From assembly GCA_025360895.1 (NCBI GenBank), contig JANYBF010000375.1:1-32083 (forward strand): a DNA stretch of 32,083 nt. Direction: 5' to 3'. The first letter of the stretch is position 1; each line of letters begins with the position of its first letter. The notes under the pieces were generated by a model. It saw only the letters and a list, made by a program, of their open reading frames with translations, had not been told where the DNA came from and did no database searches. The translations under genes were made by a program, and so were the position numbers. Below are positions 16,990-26,170 of the stretch, one piece after another. Source of the DNA: Verrucomicrobiota bacterium (GTDB lineage: Bacteria; Verrucomicrobiota; Verrucomicrobiia; Limisphaerales; JADLHS01).

Positions 16990-18176
16990 AGCCCGCGGTT
17001 CTGATGATTGCCTACGCCTGCAATCCGGAGGGGGGCGGGGAACACTGGCTGGGCTGGGGCTGGGCGGAACAAGCGGCAAAGAATTACTCCGTTCATCTCA
17101 TCACGACACCCAACGCGCGCGGCCCGGTTGAGAAGCAGGCTTTGCGGCACGGCATTACACCGCATTTTGTCACACCACCGCAAGCGGGACGTTGGGGGCG
17201 AAAAATTGGCTGGCAATCCCGCGTGATGAAACTTGCCGCCGAACTTCACGCCCGTGAAAAATTTCAGATCGTTCATCAGACTACCTTTCACACTTTCCGT
17301 GTGCCATTTCTCGCCGCCGGTCTTGGGATTCCGTCCGTCTGGGGCCCCGTGGCGGGGGGCGAATTCGTCCCGCGAGGTTTCGGGCGTGATCTCGGCCTTG
17401 CCCGTTTCGGAGAATTCAGCCGCCACTTGGTGAACCAGCTCTGGCTGCGGCACCCACAGATCCGAAGCTCACTCACCAACGTCAGCGCGCTGTTTGTCTC
17501 GAACCGCACGACGCTAAATTTTCTGCCCGCGTTCGTCCATCGCAAATGCGTCATTGTTCCCCCCAACGCGTTACGGCCGGAAGATGAACAGTGCCCCGAA
17601 CCGCAGAGTCGGCCCGTCACCGACGCCTTCCGCTTGTTGTATGTGGGTAACTGCGTCGCCACACGCGCGCTGCCGCTGGTATTTGACGCGCTGCGCCAAT
17701 CAGAAATGTCCGGCGTCAAACTGTCTGTGGTCGGTACCGGCACCGCGTTGGCACGGTGGAAGCGCATGGCGGCTGACCTGGTGCGGTTGGGCACGGTGGA
17801 ATTTTCCGGCCAAGTGACGCGCGAGCGGTTACCGGAATTTTACAATCAAGCTCACGCCCTGATTTTCCCAGCCTTGCGCGACAGCGGCGGGTCGGCGTTG
17901 CTGGAAGCGATGGCGCGGAGCGTGCCAGTGATTTGCCTGGATTGGGGCGGCCCGGGGGAGATGGTGGATGAGCAGTCTGGCTGCAAAATCGCCGTTGGCA
18001 ATCGAGTCGCCACGGTCGCCGGACTGGCCGCCGCAATCACGCAATTGCGAGCCTCGCCTGAGCGGCGACTTGCGCTGGCGCGGGCAGCGCGCACGCGCGC
18101 GCTCAAGCTGTTTCGTTGGGACACCCGGGCGGAATTGCTGAAACACACCTATCAACGGCTCATCAACGGCGCATGA
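16986..18176 (+). CDS. GT4-family (GT-B) glycosyltransferase
   Basis: The motif ALIFPALRDSGGSALLEAMARSVPVICLDWGGPGEMV is present. The start MKPAVLMIAYACNPEGGGE overlaps the upstream stop (ATGA). Confidence 0.8.
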   Translation: MKPAVLMIAYACNPEGGGEHWLGWGWAEQAAKNYSVHLITTPNARGPVEKQALRHGITPHFVTPPQAGRWGRKIGWQSRVMKLAAELHAREKFQIVHQTTFHTFRVPFLAAGLGIPSVWGPVAGGEFVPRGFGRDLGLARFGEFSRHLVNQLWLRHPQIRSSLTNVSALFVSNRTTLNFLPAFVHRKCVIVPPNALRPEDEQCPEPQSRPVTDAFRLLYVGNCVATRALPLVFDALRQSEMSGVKLSVVGTGTALARWKRMAADLVRLGTVEFSGQVTRERLPEFYNQAHALIFPALRDSGGSALLEAMARSVPVICLDWGGPGEMVDEQSGCKIAVGNRVATVAGLAAAITQLRASPERRLALARAARTRALKLFRWDTRAELLKHTYQRLINGA

Positions 18177-19960
18177 TCAATCCTCGCCGCCAATTTTTGA
18201 CGATCTTCTTCGCTGACCTCGAGCAGAACGGGGTTCGTTATTGCATCCAACGGAACTACGACAATTTGTATGCTGCCGACTCGGCGACCGATCTGGACAT
18301 GATCGTTGCGGAATACTCGCGGAGCCGGTTCGAGCACTGTCTCCAGGAAGCAGCGGCGAAGACTGGATTTCGTCTGATTCACTCGGCGCGTTACGTGAAT
18401 TACTCCCATGTTTTCTGGCATCCAGCGTCAGGCTTTGTGCGGGTGGATTTTGAAACCGATGTTCGGTGGCGGCTCTTCACGGTCCTCACAGCCCGGGAAG
18501 TTTTGGATACGCGTTTGCGATATGAAGAGTTTTATATTCCGCATCCAGCGCATGAATCGGTGATCCTATATGTTGCGGCGATCTGGCGGGGCGAATTGAG
18601 CCAGCGCTACCGTCGGCAACTCGGAGTGCTGTACGCAACCTGCGCCGACAACCGGTTTCTCCAGAAATCTTTGGTTGGAGCTTTCGGGCGTGCCGGTCAT
18701 GTTTTGGCGCGGATGCAGGCCGGGTCAAACGAAATTTTTGATCGGCACTTCTGCCATTGGTTGCGATTCAGTCTGGTTCTCCGCCTGCAACCCCTTTTGT
18801 CTGGCCGCTTCAAGGTCGCTAAGAATTTTCGGTTTGATACCCGCCGTTATTTGGATCGCATCTTTGATTGTCCTGGGGTTTCGCTCGTGTTCGTCAGCAG
18901 CAATCCCCAGCCGTCGGATGTTTTTGAGCGGTTGCGGAAGATTGAATTTCTTTTTCCAATCCCGAAGCGACCGGTGCAGAACCTTGATCTACGAGAATAC
19001 CCTGCGGCCCCAAACCGTGGGAGTTGGCGGAGGCGGTGGCAGCGAGTGCGCACACTTTACAAAGGCGGACTCTTTGTGAGTGCTTACCGTGTGGCTCAGG
19101 ATCGCGACTGGAGGTTCGCCTTGCGGCTACATGCGCAGGAAAGTTATTCGGAGCGTTCGTTTGTTTGCGTGGAGGACGGGCACGGGAAGTTATATTTCGC
19201 GCACGTAAAGTCGGGAATCATGAATAGCAGGGCGACTCCGACCAACGTTGAACCGCCAAAAGATTTCAGCCAATTATTTATCGAATTCATGGCGAACGTG
19301 TTCGAACGGACCCGACGGTCCAAACAGCACACTTCGCAGCGACCAGGTAAGTTTTGTGTGCTGGTCGGTCTGGATGGCGCGGGGAAGACCACGCTCGCTC
19401 GAAACCTCGCCGGCCTCGGAGGGCAGGAAGAGTCAATAGCCGGAGTGCGGTATTTTCACTGGGTGCCGAGCTGGCGACAGGCCTTTGCCTGTCCGCTGCC
19501 CGAACCCGGCAATCAACCCCGGAAATCCGGCGTTTCCGCCGGACTGGTTCCCGCCGTTCTCTCCGTTGCCCGGTTGGTTAGAAACTTGATCCGAGCTCAA
19601 TTGGCATGGTGGTGGCGGTTACGTCCGCTGCGCAATCGTGGCTATCTCGTGTTGGTGGATCGCTATTTCTACAATTACGATCTGGATCCCGTTTCGGTGA
19701 GATACTATGGACCCCGCTGGCTGCTGGACCGATTGAGCCGTTGGTTTCCCAAGCCCGAAATCGTCATCACCCTGAGTGCGCCGCCGGCGGTTTTGCGGCA
19801 ACGAAAACAGGAATTATCCGAAACCCAAATGCAACAACAGGCCGCTGCCTTGCGGCAGTTGAAATTTCCCACGCCGCATGTGATCGCGGCGGATGCGTCG
19901 GAGCCGGCAGAAGTGGTCGCCGGCAAAGTAATGGCCGAGCTCAGGAAGCTGATGCAATGA
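18173..19960 (+). CDS. fusion protein: nucleotidyltransferase-like N-domain plus P-loop (thymidylate-kinase-like) C-domain
   Basis: The N-terminal region has GVRYCIQRNYDNL...TDLDMIV. The C-terminal region has a Walker A motif (LVGLDGAGKTT) and YLVLVDRYFYNY. An ATGA overlap joins it to the GT4 gene. Confidence 0.6.
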   Translation: MINPRRQFLTIFFADLEQNGVRYCIQRNYDNLYAADSATDLDMIVAEYSRSRFEHCLQEAAAKTGFRLIHSARYVNYSHVFWHPASGFVRVDFETDVRWRLFTVLTAREVLDTRLRYEEFYIPHPAHESVILYVAAIWRGELSQRYRRQLGVLYATCADNRFLQKSLVGAFGRAGHVLARMQAGSNEIFDRHFCHWLRFSLVLRLQPLLSGRFKVAKNFRFDTRRYLDRIFDCPGVSLVFVSSNPQPSDVFERLRKIEFLFPIPKRPVQNLDLREYPAAPNRGSWRRRWQRVRTLYKGGLFVSAYRVAQDRDWRFALRLHAQESYSERSFVCVEDGHGKLYFAHVKSGIMNSRATPTNVEPPKDFSQLFIEFMANVFERTRRSKQHTSQRPGKFCVLVGLDGAGKTTLARNLAGLGGQEESIAGVRYFHWVPSWRQAFACPLPEPGNQPRKSGVSAGLVPAVLSVARLVRNLIRAQLAWWWRLRPLRNRGYLVLVDRYFYNYDLDPVSVRYYGPRWLLDRLSRWFPKPEIVITLSAPPAVLRQRKQELSETQMQQQAAALRQLKFPTPHVIAADASEPAEVVAGKVMAELRKLMQ

Positions 19961-20099
19961 TCGGGTTGCCGGAAGATTTCTGGGTGTGTTTGGTAGCCGG
20001 TGCAGCGGAGAACTGATCGGCCAGAGCGGGGCAGCCTTATAGTGGCCAGTTTTGAATTTCGCGCCGAACCTTTGGGCGACTGCCTGGGGGTTGGGTCTT

Positions 20100-21110
20100 T
20101 TAAGAATTGATCAACTGTTGAGCGGCCGATGGGTGTGGGCCGAGATGTTGGGCGACGAACGGTTCGACATGAATCCACGCCTCGGTCTCGGACATTTCGG
20201 TGAGACAGCGCGGCCGGGAAAACCGACAATAATCTGAACACGGCTTGTAGGGACAGGGTTTACCTTCGAGACTGATGGCTTGGGGATGCAGGGGGGCAAA
20301 CCACTCCAATAGTTGCGGGCCAAAGAATGAGAACGTGGGTACGCCGCAGAACGCCGCGAGATGGCCCGGACCGGAGTCGTTGCCGATAAACACGCCGGCC
20401 TCGTCAATCAGGCTCACTAGTTCGTTTACCGTGCGCGGCGTGATCACTCCGGTTTCGCCAGCGTGCTGCCACCAGTCGCGCTGGTCGGGGTCGCACGCGA
20501 CGACGACCCGATATTTTTTCTCGCGCAGCCAGAGGGCAAGCTGGCGGAGGCGGTCGAGCGGCCAAACACGCACGGGTTGACCCGCCCCGCTGTGGATCAG
20601 CACCGTTCCGTTGGCCCGCAACTGGGGCATGGGGATGGCGTCCCGCAGGGGAAGCGTCAAAGCCAGCGCCCGTGCCAGGACGCGCCAGTATTCGTAGCGA
20701 TGGTCGCGCGGGGCGGGCTTGGTTTGTGGGTGGGTCAGCAGCTTCTGGCTGTGCAGGCGGGGAAACCCATATCGCGTCCGGACGCGCATGGCGCGGAGAA
20801 GAAAATGGTCGCGCGGATCCCAACGGGCGGACAAGCCGGCGTCGAAGCGACGCAGGGCGATCTGCTGGCGGAGGCGGAGCATCTCCTGCCAGCGCCAATT
20901 CCAGAGCCGATACTTTCCCTCAAAGGCCGTCCACGGCGCCACGAAAGGAATGACCTCGACTTCCGGCCACAGCCGGGCCTGCAAATCCAGTGCGTAGGGT
21001 TTGGCCAGCAGGGTCACGGTGTAGCGCTCACTGGCCGCGCGGAGGAAGGGCGTGGCAATGACCAGATCTCCCAAGCCCCAGAGTTCGATGATAAGCAGTT
21101 TGGGCTTCAT
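20100..21110 (-). CDS. GT9-family glycosyltransferase (heptosyltransferase-like)
   Basis: Motifs: KLLIIELWGLGDLVIATPFLRA, LIHSGAGQPVRVWP and FIGNDSGPGHLAAFCGVPT. Confidence 0.85.
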   Translation of the reverse strand: MKPKLLIIELWGLGDLVIATPFLRAASERYTVTLLAKPYALDLQARLWPEVEVIPFVAPWTAFEGKYRLWNWRWQEMLRLRQQIALRRFDAGLSARWDPRDHFLLRAMRVRTRYGFPRLHSQKLLTHPQTKPAPRDHRYEYWRVLARALALTLPLRDAIPMPQLRANGTVLIHSGAGQPVRVWPLDRLRQLALWLREKKYRVVVACDPDQRDWWQHAGETGVITPRTVNELVSLIDEAGVFIGNDSGPGHLAAFCGVPTFSFFGPQLLEWFAPLHPQAISLEGKPCPYKPCSDYCRFSRPRCLTEMSETEAWIHVEPFVAQHLGPHPSAAQQLINS

Positions 21111-21760
21111 GCCGGGCGGGAGGCGATGAGGCAGGCGGACCAACCCAGCCAGTGAACGTGCGCGGTAAATTTTTTCCGGCTGGGCGGAAGCCAGGCGAAG
21201 AGCGGGTGGGCGGCGGCGAACAGCCAGTTGCGTGAAGTGCCTGCGCGCACAACCTGCAACCCCGCCGCCTGCACCTGCTGCGCCAAGGCGGTCATCGTCA
21301 CCATTTGAATGTGCGTCGGGTCGTCATAAAAATTCATCGTAAAGGGCAGGGGCGAGTTACGCTGGCGTGGCAGGGTAAGCGTTTTGGGATGCGGCGTCTC
21401 AAAGTAAACGCGGGCGCCCGGTTTCAACACACGCGTGATTTCCCGCAACAGCAAACTCAGGTCCCGCAAGTGTTCCACCAGGTGCATGCAGGTGATCGCG
21501 TCCACGGTCGCCGTTGGCCAGGGCAGGGGATCAAACTCGAAATCCGTTTGGCGAAATTGGCAGCCGGCGGGATACTTGTCCGGCTGGCCAAATTTGTCGG
21601 CGGCCAGCAACTGGAGGTCGGGACGGAGTTGGGCAATGTGACCCAGGGTTTCACCATCCGAGGCGCCGAGATCGAGCAACACCCCGGCGGGCGGGACTTT
21701 CGCAACGAACCCGGCCCTCGTGTCGAGCCAGGGAAAAGGGCGCAAGCACAGCCAGTTCAT
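21107..21760 (-). CDS. class I SAM-dependent methyltransferase
   Basis: Motifs: VLLDLGASDGE, VDAITCMHLVEHL and LKPGARVYFETPHP. The start was trimmed to MNWLCLRPF, and the gene overlaps the GT9 start (ATGA). Confidence 0.75.
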   Translation of the reverse strand: MNWLCLRPFPWLDTRAGFVAKVPPAGVLLDLGASDGETLGHIAQLRPDLQLLAADKFGQPDKYPAGCQFRQTDFEFDPLPWPTATVDAITCMHLVEHLRDLSLLLREITRVLKPGARVYFETPHPKTLTLPRQRNSPLPFTMNFYDDPTHIQMVTMTALAQQVQAAGLQVVRAGTSRNWLFAAAHPLFAWLPPSRKKFTAHVHWLGWSACLIASRPA

Positions 21761-22175
21761 AGTTTTGTCATGCAGGAACGCGAGTTCAACGATGCAGGAA
21801 ACTAAGGATGAAGGCGGGCGGTGTAAAGACTGGCATCGGCCAGAACCCAGCGCTTGGGACAGGCAGCTTTCTTTTTGAACCCGCGTTCGCAAGCCGTCGC
21901 GTGGGGCTGGGGCAGGGCGGCGTTGTTTCGACTTTCTGGAGGTCACGGGAAACACTCTTGGGATTCTCAACTGGTTGTGTCCTTTGCCCAGTCATTGGCT
22001 AGTCAACATCTGACTGAAATGGGGCGTTGATGCGGGGAACTAATTCTTGGTGCGAGAAACTGACTTTCCGCCCCAGCAGATGCCGGCGGTGTAAAGTTAT
22101 TTGCCTTGGATTGGGGCATGTGTTTTACTGAATGGGTGCTGGACGCCGTGATGTGCGTTCACTTGTAGGAATATT

Positions 22176-22586
22176 ATGTTGAATCAAACTGAAGAAAAAG
22201 TCGTTGCCGAAAAAACCCGCGAACTCTGCACCACCATTTTGGCCCAATCGGGCATGGGTGTTATCCGCAAGAACATTGATGCGTTCATGGCGGACGAGAA
22301 ATCACGGTTGCAATATGAATCGCTCATGGCCCGGGGCCAGGAGTTGCACGAGAAACAGCACAAATCGCTGCCGTTGAGTGGCGAGGAAATCGGGGAGTTT
22401 GAGCGCCAGCGCGAGGCGATGCTGAGCAATCCGGTGGCGCGCGGTTTTCTTGATGCCCAAGAGGCCATGCACAACCTTCAAGAGTCAATTCAGACGCAGG
22501 TTTCCAAGACGCTGGAACTCGGACGCTTGCCCACTCCCGAAGATACGGAGTCCGGCTCGTGTGGTCACGGCTGCGGTTGTCACTGA
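22176..22586 (+). CDS. YlbF/YmcA-like helical protein with a C-terminal Cys/His cluster (CGHGCGCH)
   Basis: It is a 136-aa helical protein with an AGGA sequence 6 nt upstream of the ATG. The layout resembles the YlbF family as I recall it. Confidence 0.6.
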   Translation: MLNQTEEKVVAEKTRELCTTILAQSGMGVIRKNIDAFMADEKSRLQYESLMARGQELHEKQHKSLPLSGEEIGEFERQREAMLSNPVARGFLDAQEAMHNLQESIQTQVSKTLELGRLPTPEDTESGSCGHGCGCH

Positions 22587-22609
22587 TCTGGCGGGAACGT
22601 TTTTAATTT

Positions 22610-22646
22610 CACCACTCCGCGCTTCGGCGTTGAGTGGTGCTTTTTT
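22610..22646 (+). terminator. rho-independent terminator after the ylbF-like gene
   Basis: The stem CACCACTC/GAGTGGTG (22610-22617 / 22632-22639) has an inner GC stem capped by a TTCG tetraloop. It is followed by C-TTTTTT (22641-22646). Confidence 0.75.
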
Positions 22647-23100
22647 AGTACGTCAGGCTGAATTTGAACCGGAGGATGTTGTGGCAGCGGATGGTGTCAA
22701 TCGTCGTCCGATTACGCCAGCCTTGGCAGGTCATCTCACCGACCACGCTCTTGCGGCGGGCAGTCACGGCATCGGCGATTTCTTTGCTCAGATCAAAATC
22801 ACCCCGGACACATTCGTGGTTTGGGCAGCCGAAGGAGAAGACCGACTTGGCGTTGGCGAGGTTTACCGTGTATTTAACCTGGCTGCTGCGGTGGATCCCT
22901 TCGGAATCAAAAAACTCCAAATTCACGGTCAATGACTTCAACTTTTGAAATTTCTCAGCGAGGCTGACCGAGTCCTTGATGCGGATGGATTCCTGCAGGC
23001 GGTATTCCGCACGGGCACCGGGTTTTTGATGATGCATATAGTTTTGATTCGGCGAAGGAACCGGGGCGGCGTGGGGTTGACGCGCGGGTTTGATGCTCAA
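22645..23100 (-). CDS. hypothetical protein with a CPNHEC...C...C motif (130-151 aa depending on start)
   Basis: The ORF lies directly downstream of the desaturase. A TTG start at 23100 overlaps the desaturase stop, and the first ATG is at 23037. I recognise no family. Confidence 0.5.
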   Translation of the reverse strand: MSIKPARQPHAAPVPSPNQNYMHHQKPGARAEYRLQESIRIKDSVSLAEKFQKLKSLTVNLEFFDSEGIHRSSQVKYTVNLANAKSVFSFGCPNHECVRGDFDLSKEIADAVTARRKSVVGEMTCQGWRNRTTIDTIRCHNILRFKFSLTY

Positions 23101-24155
23101 GACCGGATCGCCTCCCGCCGTTGCTTGCGAATGGCCCGGAGATGGCCATAACCAACCAGCTTGCGGCGTTGTTCATCCCAGAGGCGGAAGGTAAAGGACT
23201 TGAAACTGGCGAAGAGCGTGATGGGCTTAACCGTCTGAAACAAAGGCTCCGCTTCGTGGCATTTCTGAAGATGATAATTCGGAATCCGCGAACTGAGGTG
23301 ATGGATGTGATGGAAACCGATGTTCCCGGAAAACCATTGGAGCAACCGGGGTAATTTATAGAACGAACTGCCCTTCAAGGCCGCCGTGGCGTAATCCCAG
23401 TTTTCGGCACGCTCCCAATAAACGCCTTCAAACTGATGTTGAACGTAAAACAACCACACGCCCGAAGAGCCGGCCACCATCAACACAATCAGCTGGATCA
23501 CGAGATACGCCTTCCAACCGAACGCCCAGACCAGTCCGCCGGCGACTACAAGCAGCGCAAGATTTGTCCAATACACCGAAAGCCGCTCGCGCAAATTTGC
23601 CTTGGGATTGGGGATTCGTTGCGAAATTAAAAACAAAAACAGCGGCGCGATTACGAATAAAATAAACGGGTTACGCACCATCCGATACGAAAAGCGCCGC
23701 CAGCGGGACGATTCCAGATATTCCTGGACGGTCAAGGTCCATACATCGCCGGTACCGCGCCGGTCCAGATCACCGGAACTTGAGTGGTGGATTGAATGTT
23801 CCCAGCGCCAGTGGTAATAGGGCGTAAAAGTCAGAACCCCGGTGATGGCCCCCCAAATGTGGTTGGCGCGTTGCGATTTAAAAAAGGAGCCATGGCCACA
23901 GTCATGGAAAATAATGAACGCCCGCACCATAAACGCCCCGGCCAGAATCGCCAGCGGCACCACCAGCCAATAGGACACCGCAAGGCTGCGATACATCAAA
24001 TACCAAAGTGCTGCATACGGCACGAGGGTGTTGACGATTTGCCAGACCGCCCGCCCAATCGAAGGTGTTTGGTACCGCACTACGATCTTCTTCCAATCCG
24101 CGTCGCCGGTTTGAATTTCGTCGCCGGCTGAATTCGAATCATTCTTCATAAGCAT
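23097..24155 (-). CDS. membrane fatty-acid desaturase
   Basis: Three histidine boxes are present: HDCGH, HWRWEHSIHH and HHIHH. Confidence 0.85.
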   Translation of the reverse strand: MLMKNDSNSAGDEIQTGDADWKKIVVRYQTPSIGRAVWQIVNTLVPYAALWYLMYRSLAVSYWLVVPLAILAGAFMVRAFIIFHDCGHGSFFKSQRANHIWGAITGVLTFTPYYHWRWEHSIHHSSSGDLDRRGTGDVWTLTVQEYLESSRWRRFSYRMVRNPFILFVIAPLFLFLISQRIPNPKANLRERLSVYWTNLALLVVAGGLVWAFGWKAYLVIQLIVLMVAGSSGVWLFYVQHQFEGVYWERAENWDYATAALKGSSFYKLPRLLQWFSGNIGFHHIHHLSSRIPNYHLQKCHEAEPLFQTVKPITLFASFKSFTFRLWDEQRRKLVGYGHLRAIRKQRREAIRS

Positions 24156-24348
24156 TTGGTCGTGTCACCTGGCAAACTCCAAGACTGGCCGTTCATGGTT
24201 CCAAAAAACAAAGCGACGTGAGGATAATGGACTTGCCCGCCGACAACAATGTTCAATCCAATTTTTTTTTGCCCGGTAATTAAGTCGGGGCCCGTGGAAA
24301 CTTGAGAGATTGCAAGGTGATCCGAATCACCTCATGATGCGGTCCGCT

Positions 24349-25377
24349 ATGAAACAAAAACTATTGTCATTATTGTTATGGGTGGCGCTGGCTGGTTTGA
24401 CCGGCTCGCCCGCGGTGAACGCCGTTGAAACCGGCGGAGCGACCTCCCGCGGAATGTTACTTGTCGCCAACAAAGGCGACCAGACGGTCGGCATCATTGA
24501 TCCGGTCGCGGGTCGCATGATTGCCACCGTGCCGGAAGACGGCGTGACGGGGCACGAAGTCGTGGCCTCGCCCGACGGTCGGCGCGCGTTCGTTCCCATT
24601 TTTGGAAATTCCGGCGTCGGCAAGCCCGGTACCGACGGGCGGTTGGTGCGCGTGATTGATTTAGAAAAGCGCCAGATAGTCGGCACGGTGGATTTGGGCA
24701 AGCCCATGCGTCCTCATTGCGCCGTCATCGGGCCGAAGAACGGTTTACTCTACGTTACCACCGAACTCGAGAACTCCGTGACTGTGATTGACCCGGGTAC
24801 GTTGCAAGTCGTCGCAACAATTCCAACTGGTCAACCCGAGTCGCACATGCTGGCCATCACGCGCGATGGCCGCCGGGGTTTTACCGCAAACGTCGGGCCG
24901 GGCACGGTCTCGGTGCTTGATCTGGAGGCGAAGAAAGTTCTCGCCGTCATTCCTGTTTGCAAAACCACCCAACGCATCGCGCTGTCGGTGGATGACCGGT
25001 GGGTTTTCACCTCCGACCAAACCAAACCGCAGCTTGCCGTCATTGATGCGAAAACAAACGGCCTCAGCACCTGGATCGAACTGCCCGGCCTCGGCTACGG
25101 CACCGCGCCCACCCCGGATGGCCGTTGGCTCATCGTCGCGCTCGTCAGCGTGAACAAGGTGGCCGCGATTGACTTCGCCACGATGAAAGTGATGCACACA
25201 ATGGACGTGCCCCGGGCGCCACAGGAAGTGGTCGTGCGGCCTGATGGCGGGGAAGCCTATGTTTCATGTGATGCCAGCCGGCAGATCGCAGTCATTGACG
25301 TGAAGAATTGGAAAGTGAAGAAGCTCATTGATGCCGGCCCCGGCGCCGACGGTCTTGCGTGGGCCGTTACCAAGTGA
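24349..25377 (+). CDS. secreted YVTN/lactonase-type beta-propeller repeat protein
   Basis: It has a signal peptide (MKQKLLSLLLWVALAGLTGSPAVNA) and repeated ...V.VID... blade motifs (VGIIDP, VRVIDL, VTVIDP, VSVLDL, LAVIDA, VAAIDF, IAVIDV). Confidence 0.75.
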   Translation: MKQKLLSLLLWVALAGLTGSPAVNAVETGGATSRGMLLVANKGDQTVGIIDPVAGRMIATVPEDGVTGHEVVASPDGRRAFVPIFGNSGVGKPGTDGRLVRVIDLEKRQIVGTVDLGKPMRPHCAVIGPKNGLLYVTTELENSVTVIDPGTLQVVATIPTGQPESHMLAITRDGRRGFTANVGPGTVSVLDLEAKKVLAVIPVCKTTQRIALSVDDRWVFTSDQTKPQLAVIDAKTNGLSTWIELPGLGYGTAPTPDGRWLIVALVSVNKVAAIDFATMKVMHTMDVPRAPQEVVVRPDGGEAYVSCDASRQIAVIDVKNWKVKKLIDAGPGADGLAWAVTK

Positions 25378-25600
25378 TCCCGCCAACTTTCATCAAGGTG
25401 AAGTTTTCCAAATGCGCCAACACACCGACGTCGCGGCTTCAATCGCGGACCGGGCTTGGCGGCGGCGTGAATCGTGGCTCCACAAATTCATTGGTTGACT
25501 GGCAGCGGCAATAAATGAGAATCGTTGCCACTCACTGAATGGCAACCGAACCGATGGCTAAATTGGATTTTGTGGTGTTCAACCTGTCCCAACGTAACCA

Positions 25601-25963
25601 ATGGCACTGATTAAATGCCATGAGTGCAGCAACACGGTTTCCGGCCCTGCCAAGGCGTGTCCTCACTGTGGAGCACCGATGGCACATGCGGCCGCACGGC
25701 CCGTTACGAGCGACAATTCCGAATCAACCGTTAAGGAGACTGGCAATCGCCTCAAACTACAAATCCTTCTATCGGCATACATTTGGTGGGCCGGTGTCAT
25801 TTGGGTGTTTGTCACCATGAAGAAAGTGCGGTGGCCGCCACCGTCCTCCGGCATTGGCTTTTTGCTCCTCCTGGCCGGTTCCACCTGGTACCTTACGGCC
25901 AAGTTTCGGCTCAGGCGACACCACAAACTGCACCGACGAAAGAGAGTGTTGACGAGGCGGTAA
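25601..25963 (+). CDS. zinc-ribbon membrane protein
   Basis: The N-terminus is KCHECSNTVSGPAKACPHCGAPM, followed by two hydrophobic helices and a basic tail. Confidence 0.5.
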   Translation: MALIKCHECSNTVSGPAKACPHCGAPMAHAAARPVTSDNSESTVKETGNRLKLQILLSAYIWWAGVIWVFVTMKKVRWPPPSSGIGFLLLLAGSTWYLTAKFRLRRHHKLHRRKRVLTRR

Positions 25964-26170
25964 GGACATTGGTGAGAACTCAGAAGCTGCGCAAGCAGTC
26001 TCGCCGCGTGAGGGAAAAGCTTTTGCCCGTAGCGCCATACCCCTGGCCAGCCGGGCGGAATTTTCCAACACCGATGCAAGTAAATCATTTCCAAAAATCT
26101 TTCGATACTTCCGCCCGATCAGTTGCGGGCTGGCGCGTGGATTCATTCCGTCGCTTGACACGCCGGCAAG

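Noticed and set aside
24262-24270. T9 homopolymer in the desaturase/propeller divergent spacer, considered as a possible phase-variation tract
   Set aside because: It is a single short tract in an AT-rich promoter patch, and nothing in one sequence shows length variation. I note it only for completeness.
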